A DNA stretch of 64,000 nucleotides from an uncultured Chloroflexia bacterium (GTDB lineage Bacteria; Chloroflexota; Limnocylindria; Limnocylindrales; CSP1-4), in the NCBI GenBank assembly GCA_963748625.1, contig CAVVJT010000010.1, positions 288,001-352,000 on the forward strand, read 5' to 3'. Each line of letters opens with the position of its first letter. Position 1 is the first letter of the stretch. A model generated the notes under the pieces. The model saw only the letters and a program-made list of their open reading frames with translations, was not told where the DNA came from and made no database searches. Both the position numbers and the translations under genes were made by a program. Positions 11,217-21,345 of the stretch are shown one piece after another.

Positions 11217-12326
11217 ATGGCGTCGGGCCCAACGGGCAGTGACACTCTCGCCGCCCCGGGAGGTGGCTGGCTGATCACCAGACCATCGCGGATCCTGCTT
11301 GCACTCGATATGGCCGGGGTCGCGCTCATGGTCGCGGCCGTCGCCCAGCTCGCGGATCCCGACATCCTGCTCCACGTCGTCTGGATCGTGCTGGCGCTCG
11401 AGGCCTTCACCTTCGGCCTCCGCCCCGCCTCGATCCGGATCGCGGGCGCCACCATCTTCGTCCTCGCCTATGCGTTCTTCGCCAACGACGCGATGACGCC
11501 CGTCGGGCTGGCACTCGCCGACCTGGACCTCGAGGAGTGGCCCCTCATGGCCGTCATCGCACTGCTGGTGGCGATCATGGCCGACAAGGTGACGTCCACC
11601 GGCCGGCGCTATGCCGCCCTCTACCGCGAGGCGAGCGACCGCCTGCTCACGGCCCAGGAGGACGAGCGCCGGCGTCTGTCGGCGGACCTCCACGATGGCG
11701 TCGGCCAGACCATGACGGCCCTCTCCCTGGCCCTCGACGCGGCCGAGGCAGAGCTGGAGGCCGAAGGAGTCCCCGATGCGGCGGGCCGGCGGTCGGTGCG
11801 CAGGGCGCACGAGCTCGCCGGCATCGCGCTCGACGAGGCGCGTGGGGTCGCCTTCCGCTTGCGTCCCCCGCGCCTCCGGGAGGTGGGACTCGTGGCCGCC
11901 ATCGAGGAGCTCGCCGCCACGGCCGGCGTGCCCGTGGAGTTCTCCGCATCCCCGTCCCTGATGCGCCATGGCCTGCTCGCGGCCGACCGCGAGGTCGAAG
12001 CATTCCGGATCGTCCAGGAGGCACTCGGCAACGCGACCCGGCACGCCCATGCCGAGCGCATCCGGGTCGACGTGTCCCAGGTCGGGCAGACCCTGCGGGT
12101 CGAGGTCGCCGACGACGGGGACGGCTTCGAGCCGTCACGGGTCGGCGCCGGCGGCCTCGGGCTCGCGAGCATGGACGAGCGGGCCAAGGCGGTCCGGGGG
12201 ACGCTCCAGGTTCGGTCGCGCCTGGGCACAGGGACCATCGTCCGGCTGGACGTGCCGCTCGCCACCGGGCAGCCGGCCGGGGCAACCGGATCGCTCGGCG
12301 TGTCGCCTGGGGCAACGACGCCGTGA
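11217..12326 (+). CDS. Membrane-bound HisKA_3 sensor histidine kinase
   Basis: About 4 N-terminal TM segments; ERRRLSADLHDGVGQ, QEALGNATRHA, DDGDGF, GLGLASMDERA. Confidence 0.92.
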   Translation: MASGPTGSDTLAAPGGGWLITRPSRILLALDMAGVALMVAAVAQLADPDILLHVVWIVLALEAFTFGLRPASIRIAGATIFVLAYAFFANDAMTPVGLALADLDLEEWPLMAVIALLVAIMADKVTSTGRRYAALYREASDRLLTAQEDERRRLSADLHDGVGQTMTALSLALDAAEAELEAEGVPDAAGRRSVRRAHELAGIALDEARGVAFRLRPPRLREVGLVAAIEELAATAGVPVEFSASPSLMRHGLLAADREVEAFRIVQEALGNATRHAHAERIRVDVSQVGQTLRVEVADDGDGFEPSRVGAGGLGLASMDERAKAVRGTLQVRSRLGTGTIVRLDVPLATGQPAGATGSLGVSPGATTP

Positions 12327-13027
12327 ACGAGCGCCAGGGCACCCGCATCGCCGTCGCAGGTCCGGGCACGCGCCCCGAGGCCGTGGGTGAGTCCGTCATC
12401 CGCGTCGCGCTTGCCGACGACCACCATCTCGTGCGCGAGGGTCTGCGTCATGTCCTCGAGCGTGAGCCGGACATGCACGTGGTCGGCGAGGCGTGCGATC
12501 GTATCGGGGCCTTCGCGCTCGCCGAGCGGGAGCTGCCTGACGTCCTGGTGCTCGACATCACCTTCCCCGACGACGACGGGATCGCAATGCTGCGGGAGCT
12601 GGTCACGCGGTGGCCGCACATGCGGGTGGTCATGCTGACTATGCACCGCGACGCCGAGACGGTCCGCCAGGCGCTCCTCGCCGGAGCCGCCGGGTACGTG
12701 ATCAAGGGGGCGCATGCCAGCGAGCTCGCGGATGCGATCCGGGCCGTCAACCGGGGCGAGCGATACCTGCACAGCGCGGTCGCCGGCGCGATCATCGACG
12801 ACTCGCTGGCATGGATGACCGTCGCCAGTCCCCTCAGCGCCCGAGAGCGCGAGATCCTCGGGCACATCGCTGCGGGCGCCTCGGCGGTGGAGGTCGGGCG
12901 AGAGCTGGGGATCAGCCCGCACACGGTGCGCAGGCACGTGGCCAACCTGTCCGACAAGCTCGGACTGCGGGGTCCGAAGGCGCTGACCCGCTACGCCGTG
13001 GAGCACGGGCTCGTCCGCGATACCTGA
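12323..13027 (+). CDS. NarL/FixJ-family response regulator
   Basis: GTGA overlap with kinase stop; IRVALADDHHLVREG...PDVLVLD; LSAREREIL...ISPHTVRRH. Confidence 0.93.
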   Translation: MNERQGTRIAVAGPGTRPEAVGESVIRVALADDHHLVREGLRHVLEREPDMHVVGEACDRIGAFALAERELPDVLVLDITFPDDDGIAMLRELVTRWPHMRVVMLTMHRDAETVRQALLAGAAGYVIKGAHASELADAIRAVNRGERYLHSAVAGAIIDDSLAWMTVASPLSAREREILGHIAAGASAVEVGRELGISPHTVRRHVANLSDKLGLRGPKALTRYAVEHGLVRDT

Positions 13028-13490
13028 GGCCTGCGCCCGGATGCAGCCGTCCCGCGGCGCCCGGTGGTCACCGAATCGGCGGCGCGTGGTCGCGCGTGAT
13101 GGTTCCGGTCAGCCGCCGGCCCTGCCATAGTCAAGTGGCCCGAGACCATGCTTCGGGTCGCAGCGCCCCGGTCGGGCATCGATCGCCCGCCTGCTGCGTT
13201 CCACGCTCCGGGGCCCGGGTAACCACCCGCCCCACCTCGTGCCGCACGTCTATCTGGCGTCGGCCGTCGGCGGTGCTACCGCGGCGTCCGGGCCCGCTGG
13301 AGAGGCTTCGGCCTGCAGGAAGGGAGGGCGGATGGCCGCACACCGTTCGCTGGGTCTCAACCGGCGCGGGCAACTGCTCCGCGCAGCCGCGTCAGTTGGC
13401 GCGGTCGTGTCGCTCGCGGTGGCAGTCCTTGGCCTGTGCGTCGGCCGGCGACTGACTCGATGGGCCAGCGTGCAGAAGCAGCAGCGGGCC

Positions 13491-14969
13491 ATGGTGCCAC
13501 CCCTGGGCCACGAGGTGCGGGCCGACCCACTGCGGGTGATCACGCACACGGGTGACACGGCGGACGCGGGGCCGGCCACGGATCGTGCGCCCGCACCCAC
13601 ACCAACCACGCTGACGCGCCCGCATGTGCTGTCCTCCGGTACGGTCGCCCGGAACGCGCCGGGACGGACGATCCCCCGCCTGCTGTGGCTTGCGGCCTTC
13701 ACCGGTGCGATGGCCGTGCCGCTGCTGCTTGCCGCGCTTGATCCCGCCGGGCCGCCGCGGTCGTTCGTGCTCGAGCTGGGCTCGGCCCTGGGCATCGCCG
13801 CCCTCGGTCTCCTTGCCGTCCAGCTCGCCCTGCCGGCCCGCGTGCCGCTGCTGACCACGATCGGCGCCGAGGTCGCCGTACGGCTGCACCGCCACACCGC
13901 GGACATCCTGCTGGCGGTCGTCGTCGCGCACGTCGCGGCCGTCATGGTCGCCGATCCGGCGCGGGTCGAGCTCCTCCGCTTCTTCGGCCAGCCGTGGCGG
14001 GCGCAGGCGGCGCTCGGATCGGTTGCGGCGCTCGGCGTGATCTTCGTCACGTCACTTGCACGGCGCCGCATCCACCTGTCGTACGCCCGATGGCGGGGCA
14101 TCCACCTCGCGCTCGGAGCAGCGGCGCTCGTGCTGGGCATCGCCCACACCGTGGGCGTTGGGCGCTACCTTGTCCAACCGCCTGCCGTGTGGTCGCTCGT
14201 GGCACTGGCCGTTGTCGGGCTCGGGGCGCTGCTGATGACGCGCAGCCAGCGACTCCGCCACCGGACGCTGAGGCCGTACCGGGTGAGGTCTGTGCGCCCG
14301 GAGCAGGGTGGAGCGATCACCGTGGACCTCGAGGCCGACGGCCACGCGGGGCAGCCATTCCTGCCGGGCCAGTTCGCCTGGCTCAAGGAGCCGGGCTGGC
14401 GGCACCTGCTCGAGGAGCACCCGTTCTCCTACTCGTCGGGCGCGGGCAACCCGGCACATCCTGGCTTCACCCTGCAGCCGCGCTCCGGCTTCAGTGCGCG
14501 GGCGGCTCGTCTGCAGCCCGGCAGGAAATTGCTCGTGGACGGTCCGCATGGTGCATTCCGCCCGCAGCCTGACGCCCGGGGCACCGTTCTCGTGTCCGGC
14601 GGCATCGGCATCACGCCCTCGATGAGCATCCTGCGAACCGCCGCCCAGCGCAGGGACCCACGGCCGCACGTGCTGCTCTACGGCGGCCGGACCCTCGCCT
14701 CCCTGCCGTTCCTCGAGGAGCTCACGACCCTCGCGGGATCCATCGCTCTCACGACCACCATCTGCCTGTCCGCACCGGAGGAGGGCTGGACCGGCGAGCG
14801 GGGCCGCATCGATGCCGCGGTCCTCGACCGCCACCTGCCGCACGACCTGCGCGGCTGGCAGTTCATGACGTGCGGGGCGCCGTCGTTCGTCGACGCAATC
14901 CTCGACGCCTTCGAGGAGGTTGGGGTGCCCGGCGAGCGCGTCCACGCGGAGCGGTTCGTGGAGGTGTGA
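13491..14969 (+). CDS. Ferric-reductase-like TM domain plus FAD/NAD(P)H-binding flavocytochrome (start uncertain)
   Basis: TM helices with four His (RLHRH, AHV, GIHL, AHT); FLPGQF, EEHPFS, VDGPHG, SGGIGITP, MTCG, HAERF. Confidence 0.88.
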   Translation: MVPPLGHEVRADPLRVITHTGDTADAGPATDRAPAPTPTTLTRPHVLSSGTVARNAPGRTIPRLLWLAAFTGAMAVPLLLAALDPAGPPRSFVLELGSALGIAALGLLAVQLALPARVPLLTTIGAEVAVRLHRHTADILLAVVVAHVAAVMVADPARVELLRFFGQPWRAQAALGSVAALGVIFVTSLARRRIHLSYARWRGIHLALGAAALVLGIAHTVGVGRYLVQPPAVWSLVALAVVGLGALLMTRSQRLRHRTLRPYRVRSVRPEQGGAITVDLEADGHAGQPFLPGQFAWLKEPGWRHLLEEHPFSYSSGAGNPAHPGFTLQPRSGFSARAARLQPGRKLLVDGPHGAFRPQPDARGTVLVSGGIGITPSMSILRTAAQRRDPRPHVLLYGGRTLASLPFLEELTTLAGSIALTTTICLSAPEEGWTGERGRIDAAVLDRHLPHDLRGWQFMTCGAPSFVDAILDAFEEVGVPGERVHAERFVEV

Positions 14970-15095
14970 CCCCTGAGATCCGATGAGACCCGCTGGATGG
15001 CCGCCGTCATCGAGCTCTTGACCGTCATCGCCGTGATCGCGTTCGCGGCGATCCGCTCCGCCGGCTGACCCCGGCCACCACGAGGCACCTGCCAT

Positions 15096-15554
15096 ATGCG
15101 TCCCGCCCGACTCGTCCCACCCCGCTCCCGTGTCCATCTCGCCCAGCGCCACGTCGGCTCGATCCCGCGCGGCGCTCCAACCGCCATGACATTCATGATG
15201 GCCGTGGTCTCCCTGGCGATCGGCACATTCGTCGGGGCGGCAGCAATCCTCCCCGGCCGCCACCATCCCCACGTCCACCAGCCCGCGCGGGTCCCGGAGC
15301 CCACCCGAGGCGCCGGGCACGACATCCGCCATCGGCGGGTGCGCAAGGACCCGCAGACGAGCGGGGCACGGGACAGCGCCACGGGCACGACAACCCGGAC
15401 CCGCCCTTCAGGACAACCGGTGCTACGGCTCGAGGAAGCCGCGGACGATCGTCTGGCCGACGCCTCCCATCTGGGCGTTCGTCGACCGGGTCGCCGCGTC
15501 GGAGTCCTCGACCAGGTACGTCCCGGCCGCCAGGGACACGTTCGGTTCAGCTGA
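15096..15554 (+). CDS. Hypothetical single-TM protein (may be frameshifted)
   Basis: One hydrophobic stretch MTFMMAVVSLAIGTFVGAAAIL; remainder uninformative. Confidence 0.3.
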   Translation: MRPARLVPPRSRVHLAQRHVGSIPRGAPTAMTFMMAVVSLAIGTFVGAAAILPGRHHPHVHQPARVPEPTRGAGHDIRHRRVRKDPQTSGARDSATGTTTRTRPSGQPVLRLEEAADDRLADASHLGVRRPGRRVGVLDQVRPGRQGHVRFS

Positions 15555-15722
15555 CCCCCGGGCCGCCCTCTGCAAGGTGGTCACGGTCAACGTCGGGCGA
15601 CATGGCCCGTCGACGCGGTGCAAGTCGGACGGGCACGCAGGCCGGACGTGTGCCAATGTCATGGGGCGACAGGATGGCGCGCTCGCCCAGCGCGCCGGGG
15701 AACGCCACGACAGGGGTGCGGC

Positions 15723-17001
15723 ATGGACGTGCGAGCGGTGATCATGGCGGGCGGAGCCGGTGAACGCCTGTCCGTGCTCTCGGACCATCGGGCCAAGCCG
15801 GCGGTCCCGTTCGGCGGCAAGTGGCGGATCATCGACTTCGCGCTGTCCAACTGCGTCAACAGCGGCATCGAGGATCTCGTCGTCCTGACCCAGTACAGCC
15901 CGCGCAGCCTGATGGACCACATCGGCAGTGGCCGCCCCTGGGACCTGGACCGCCGCCACAAGGGAGGCATCCGGCTCCTCCAGCCGTACCTGTCGCGGAC
16001 AGACTCCAAGGGCTGGTACGAGGGCACGGCCGACGCGGTCCGGCGCAACATGAAGGATGTCGTCGAGGGGCCGCCGGATCTCGTGGTGATCCTCGCGGGC
16101 GACCACATCTACAAGATGGACTACCGCCCGTTCATCGAGACGCATCTGGCCAAGGAGGCGGCGCTCACGATCGCGGTCCTGGACGTGCCCGAGCGACGAG
16201 GCGACCCGGATGGGGATCGCCATCACCGACGAGGACGACCGGATCGTCGACTGGGAGGAGAAGCCCGAGAAGCCGCGCTCGACGCTGGCGTCGATGGGCA
16301 TCTACGTCTTCGACCCGGTTGCGCTCACGACGTACGTCACCCAGCAGCGGCGGGACTTCGGCAAGCACGTGATCCCGGCGATGCTCCGCGCCAACGAGCG
16401 GGTGTTCGCCCACCGGTTCGAGGGCTACTGGCGGGACGTGGGCACGGTGGAGGCGTATTGGGCCGCCAACCTCGACCTGGTCGGCCTGGTGCCCCCGATC
16501 GACCTGTTCGATCCCTCCTGGCGCATCCACTCCCGGTCCGAGTACCGGAGCCCGGCCAAGATGGGGCCGTATGCGGTTGCCCGCCACTCGCTGGTCTGCG
16601 ACGGCTGCATCGTCAATGGCAGCGTGGAGAACAGCGTCCTCTCGCCCGGCGTGCGCATCTTCGAGGGCGCCCACGTGCGCGACTCGGTGATCATGACCGA
16701 TGCGGTGATCGGATCCGGGGCGGTGATCGACAACGCGATCGTCGACAAGGGCGTCGTCGTGGGCGACGGCGCGGTGGTCGGCTGGGGCGAGGACCGCCAC
16801 ATCGTGAACGAGCTGGAGCCGGACCGGCTCACGACGGGCATCACCGTGGTGGGCAAGTACGCGAAGGTTCCCGCGGGCGTCCTGCTCGGCCGCAACGTGC
16901 GCGTGGATGCGCTGGCGACGGCTGAGGACTACGCGGGAGCGACCGTCGTGCCGTCCGGGCACACGATCGGCCACCCGGTCGCGCACGACGACGAGGACTG
17001 A
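15723..17001 (+). CDS. glgC: Glucose-1-phosphate adenylyltransferase (frameshift at ~16195)
   Basis: AGGAGERL...[44 protein letters not shown]; second frame [27 protein letters not shown] and beta-helix tail. Confidence 0.93.
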
Positions 17002-17163
17002 CGAGGCGTCAGGCGGGCGCCACCGGGTGGGGCAGCAGCGTCCGAAGGCGTGACAGCGCGCACCGGCGTGTGCGCAGGTTGGCGCAAGTGGACGATCCGC
17101 AATGCAGTCGGGTCCGTTACTCTGCCGACCTGTCATCGCGCCGCACCGAGGGATGCCCAACTG

Positions 17164-18183
17164 ATGCCCGACGCCTCGACGCTCCTTGCAGCCGTCGTCC
17201 TGGCGGTCGTCCCGTCGCTCATCTACCTGGCGATCCTGAACGCGATCGACCGGTACGAGAAGGAGCCGTGGACGATCCTGCTCGCCTGTCTCGGCGTGGG
17301 GGCCATCGTGGCGCCCGCCATCACGATCGCCATCCTGGTCCTGCTGGGCCGCCCGGCGGCGCTGCCACCTGCCTTCGCCCCGGGGCCGCAGGCGGACGCG
17401 CTCACACCGATTGTCGAAACGCTGGTCCTCGGCGTGCTCCTGCTGGTCCTGGTCCACACCGTCCGCGACGAGTTCGACGACGTCCTTGACGGCGTGATCT
17501 ACGGCGCAGCCCTCGGTGCGGGCTTCGGCGCAGCCGAGAGCTTCCTCTACGCGCTCGGCGGCACGGGCACGCTCAACCCCGAGACGATCGTCCTCCTCGT
17601 GATCGCGGGCCTCAATCAAGCGTTCTACATGGCGGTCTTCGGGGCCATCGTGGGCTGGGCACAGCGGCTCCCCCGGGGCCAGCGGTGGACGGCCACGATC
17701 CTGGGGCTCGCCACGGCCACCCTGCTCCACGCCCTCCACGACACGCTGCCCAACATCCTCGCCAACGTGCTCGGTGCCCGTGACGCGACGGCCGGCGTCG
17801 CGACCCGGCTCCTTGCCGAGGTCATCAACTGGCTCGGCATCCTGACCCTCGTGATCGTCGTGTTCGCCTCCTGGCGTCGCGAGGCGCGCATCCTGCGGAC
17901 CCAGCTCGCGGACGAGGTGGCCACGGGTGTCGTGCCCGAGGCCGACTTCGCGACAATCCTGTCCACGCGAGCCAGGGTTGGCCGCCAGTGGCGGCTGCTG
18001 CGCAGCGAGGGGATGGGTTCCGTCCGCCGCCTGCGTCGCCGCTACGCGCTGGAGGGCGAGCTCGCGTTCCACAAGTGGCGGCTCAGCCACCGGCACCGCC
18101 ATATGCCACCTGCCGAGCGCGGGGATGCCCTGCGCGCCGAGATCCGCAGCCTCACCGATGCGAACCCGGAGGGCGCCGCATGA
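17164..18183 (+). CDS. PrsW-family intramembrane metalloprotease-like protein with degenerate motifs
   Basis: DRYEKEPW, DEFDDVLDGVIYGAALGAGFGAAES, LLHALHD; multiple TMs. Confidence 0.85.
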   Translation: MPDASTLLAAVVLAVVPSLIYLAILNAIDRYEKEPWTILLACLGVGAIVAPAITIAILVLLGRPAALPPAFAPGPQADALTPIVETLVLGVLLLVLVHTVRDEFDDVLDGVIYGAALGAGFGAAESFLYALGGTGTLNPETIVLLVIAGLNQAFYMAVFGAIVGWAQRLPRGQRWTATILGLATATLLHALHDTLPNILANVLGARDATAGVATRLLAEVINWLGILTLVIVVFASWRREARILRTQLADEVATGVVPEADFATILSTRARVGRQWRLLRSEGMGSVRRLRRRYALEGELAFHKWRLSHRHRHMPPAERGDALRAEIRSLTDANPEGAA

Positions 18184-18215
18184 GCCGCATGAGCCGCATG
18201 AGCCGCATGAGCCGC
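18180..18215 (+). repeat. ATGAGCCGC x4 at a stop/start overlap (MSRMSRMSRMSR)
   Basis: Direct 9-bp tandem repeat in the sequence. Confidence 0.9.
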
Positions 18216-19841
18216 GCCCCTCGCCGCCTCCTCGCCGTCGCCCTGGCGCTCGTCCTGCTCTCGGGCGTGCCGGCCGCCACACCGGTTGCCGCCGCGCCGG
18301 AGCTGGGGCCGTCGGCAGGCCAGGCGATCCTGTTCCACCTCCAGCTGGCCGAAGGCATTGAGAACGGCCGCCCGGTGGGCCAGAGCGACAGCTTCCCCGT
18401 GGGCACCAAGGTCATCTTCGGACTGCTCGGCTGGCAGTACGTGCCCGCGGGCACGGAGCTGCGGGTGCGCCTGTTCCAGGGCGACCGGTTCGTCTACGAG
18501 GACGCGCACATCGTGGAGGATCCCCAGGGTCCAGCGGACTCCACGGGCGCGGGCTTCGTGTTCGCGTTCGCCACCGAGGACGGGTTCCCGGCCGGCGACT
18601 ACTACATCGAGGTCGACTACAACCGCGTCCCCGACGAGATCGTGCCCTTCACCGTCGGCGAGGGTGCCGGCTTCTCCGAGGTGCTTGGCTCCGGCGCCAA
18701 GACCGGCCCCATCCCCTACGCCAGCCCGGGCGATGTGCTCGTGGTCACGCGGGAGGCGGCCCTGCGCCAGAAGCTCGGGACGCAGACCGACCAGGTCCTC
18801 GCCGCCGCGCGGCGCGTAGGCGATCTCCACGACCTGGGCACCCGGGCCACGCCCGAGGACATCACCCCCGAGATCCACCGCCTGCTGCGGGCGAAGCCCT
18901 ACAAGTACCTGCTCATCGTGGGCAACGACGACGTCGTCCCCTACTGGCACGTGGAGAACCCGCTCGCCGACTCCGAGCAGGCGATCCTCGCCGATTGGGA
19001 GCTGCCGGCGGACTGGGTCCCCACCGACAACTTCTACACCGATCTCGACGCCGACCCGTACGGCGTGCCCGACATTGCCATCGCGCGGATCCCGTCGAGC
19101 GATGACGCGGACCTGCTCCTGACCCAGCTCGGCGAGAACCAGCCCCCCGACGGAGCCGGCTACGCGCTCATCAACCAGGAGCGGCGCAGCCAGGCCGGCG
19201 TCACCGCAGCGGCTATGGGCCTTGTCGCCCAGACCCGGCTGCGCTACGTGCCGCCGCTGTCCCCGGAGGACTTCGCGAGCGACCCGGATGCCACCAACGC
19301 CCGTTACCTGTACGTGCTGCTCCACGGGATCGGCGTGACCACCAACGAGTGGTCGGCCAACACCGTTGCGTGGGGGGCGTACAACTCCGACGACCCGCTC
19401 TCCGCCGAGTGGGCGATCTACGAGGACGACCAGGCGCCCGGTGTCACGGTGGAGACCAACCCCACCAACGGCGGTGTCGTCCAGATCGGCGCGTGCTACG
19501 GGGCGTGGACCCTGGACACCGTCCAGGCGCCCCAGCACAAGACCGCGGACAACAACCTCGCGCTGCACTACCTCAAGAACGGGACCCGCGCGTACATCGC
19601 GGACACCCACATCTCGTACAGCGCGGCCCTCGGGCCCGGCGACATCGCCCGCAACCGCACCGGCTTCGAGCTGCTGCTGTGGGAGGCGATCGCGGCGGGT
19701 CGGACGCCCATCGATGCCTTCCAGGAGGCGAAGGTGGGGATGGGCCAGTCGATCGACGCGCTCATCGAGGCGGGCGACATCGACAACGCCCTCGTCTCGC
19801 TCAAGACACTCCACTACATGGTCTACCTGGGGCGGCCCTGA
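18180..19841 (+). CDS. Secreted clan CD (C25/gingipain-like) cysteine peptidase
   Basis: Signal peptide; KYLLIVGNDDVVP, TDNFYTDLD..PDIAIARIP, LLHG (His), GACYGA (Cys), C-terminal YLGRP. ATGA overlap with the upstream gene. Confidence 0.72.
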   Translation: MSRMSRMSRMSRAPRRLLAVALALVLLSGVPAATPVAAAPELGPSAGQAILFHLQLAEGIENGRPVGQSDSFPVGTKVIFGLLGWQYVPAGTELRVRLFQGDRFVYEDAHIVEDPQGPADSTGAGFVFAFATEDGFPAGDYYIEVDYNRVPDEIVPFTVGEGAGFSEVLGSGAKTGPIPYASPGDVLVVTREAALRQKLGTQTDQVLAAARRVGDLHDLGTRATPEDITPEIHRLLRAKPYKYLLIVGNDDVVPYWHVENPLADSEQAILADWELPADWVPTDNFYTDLDADPYGVPDIAIARIPSSDDADLLLTQLGENQPPDGAGYALINQERRSQAGVTAAAMGLVAQTRLRYVPPLSPEDFASDPDATNARYLYVLLHGIGVTTNEWSANTVAWGAYNSDDPLSAEWAIYEDDQAPGVTVETNPTNGGVVQIGACYGAWTLDTVQAPQHKTADNNLALHYLKNGTRAYIADTHISYSAALGPGDIARNRTGFELLLWEAIAAGRTPIDAFQEAKVGMGQSIDALIEAGDIDNALVSLKTLHYMVYLGRP

Positions 19842-20191
19842 TGCAGCGCTTTCCGATGGTCGCGGCCGCCTGGGCCGCCGTTCTCGTCCTCGGCTTCGCC
19901 GTGGTCATCCTGCTCGGGGCGCCGCCGGCGACGGCCACCGACGAGCTCGACGCCGCGATGCACCCGGCCACGCCCGTGACCGAGGAGGCCGCCCGTGCCT
20001 CCGCGGCCACCATCGTGCGCCTCAGCTACCCCGAGCTCGCCGGGTTCGAGCCGTCCGTCCGCAGCCGGACGGACTTCGGCATCGAGCACTGGGTCATCGA
20101 GTACGTGGACGCCGATGCGACCACGCCGACCGGCGTCCGGATCTCGATCACGACCGAGAAGGGCAATGTCGAGGTGACGTCGTTCCCGTAG
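19841..20191 (+). CDS. Small exported/membrane-anchored protein, PepSY-like
   Basis: TGATG coupling; N-terminal TM; VTEEAARASA...HWVIEY...VRISITTEKGNV resembles the PepSY pattern. Confidence 0.55.
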   Translation: MQRFPMVAAAWAAVLVLGFAVVILLGAPPATATDELDAAMHPATPVTEEAARASAATIVRLSYPELAGFEPSVRSRTDFGIEHWVIEYVDADATTPTGVRISITTEKGNVEVTSFP

Positions 20192-20201
20192 GACGTCAGG
20201 A

Positions 20202-20295
20202 GCGCAAGGCCTCGGGCCGCGCTCCGGCGGGGCGTCGGGCGCGCAGGGGCGCAAGGCCTCGGGCCGCGCTCCGGCGGGGCGTCAGGCGCGCAGGC
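20202..20295. repeat. 47-bp intergenic tandem duplication
   Basis: gcgcaaggcctcgggccgcgctccggcggggcgtc at 20202 and 20249. Confidence 0.85.
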
Positions 20296-20311
20296 GGTGC
20301 ATCATGGCGGC

Positions 20312-20821
20312 ATGACGAACGATGAGAGCCTTGTCTCCCTGCGCACCACGGGCGAGGACCACCACGCCCGCCTGATGCCGCACGTTGACAGGCTGCTCCT
20401 CCTCGCGGAGGCCGTTGGCCACGTGGACTGCCAGGCACTCCACGCCCTGTTCGACGAGGAGTACCGCTTCGTTGCGGGCCAGCTCGTGCCGCACATGGAC
20501 AGCGTGGAGACGTCTCTCTACGGGCGCCTGGAGGAGCTGATGGGCGGCCGCCACACGATGGGGCCGATGCGCGAGGAGCACGCCACGATCCGCGCGCTCG
20601 TCGAGGAGCTGGGCACGTACCGCTCGCATGCGAACGACTGCTCCTGGAGCGGTCCCGAGGGGATGGCCCTGCGTCGCGCGCTGTACCGGCTCCATGCACT
20701 GCTCAAGATCCACCTTGCCGAGGAGGAGCTGTACCTGGGCGTGCTGGACCGGAATCTGACGCCCGAGGAGAAGGACCGCCTGGCCCGGGGCCTCGACCAC
20801 GCGATGGCGGAACCGCTCTAG
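20312..20821 (+). CDS. Hemerythrin-like (HHE) domain protein
   Basis: DHHARL, PHMDSVETSLY, MREEH, IHLAEEELY. Confidence 0.88.
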   Translation: MTNDESLVSLRTTGEDHHARLMPHVDRLLLLAEAVGHVDCQALHALFDEEYRFVAGQLVPHMDSVETSLYGRLEELMGGRHTMGPMREEHATIRALVEELGTYRSHANDCSWSGPEGMALRRALYRLHALLKIHLAEEELYLGVLDRNLTPEEKDRLARGLDHAMAEPL

Positions 20822-21345
20822 TGTCCCGATTCGCTGGTCGCTGGCGGCGTGCGGACCGCCGCTCCGGGTCCTGGCGCCGTCCGGGTCCTGGCGCTGTCCG
20901 GCTGCGCGCCGGACGGCCACACGGTGCGGCCGGAGCGCTCGATGCGCGGCTGGTGCGCAGGTCGTGCCCTCGGGACCCTGGCGGAGCGCACGGGCGGAGC
21001 CCGGGGCGCACATCCCGCGACGTCACCGCTCCGTGTGCGCGCCGGGTGCGCACGGCAGCAGCCGTCGTGGGCGACGCCCGGTGATGCCGCCTCCGATCAG
21101 CGGCACGGGCACGGAGGGGTATCCGCCAGGCATTGGCGGCACGCGACACTAGGCCCGGTGTCAGCCCCGCGGACCGTGCGCGGGACGTGTAGCAAACCTC
21201 GATTGGCAGCACGCCCACCGCACGGCGCATCACCCGGTGACCCACCGCGGAGTCAGCGAGCGCTGCACCGGGCATGCGGCTGGCGGCCGGCACTCGGCGT
21301 GCGACAGGGCGCCCGCCAGGACACCGGGTGCCCTGGGCCCTGCTG

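Noticed and set aside
21080-21234. GGTGATGC...GCATCACC inverted termini between the hemerythrin genes
   Set aside because: Only one copy seen and 8-bp matches are common at this GC content.
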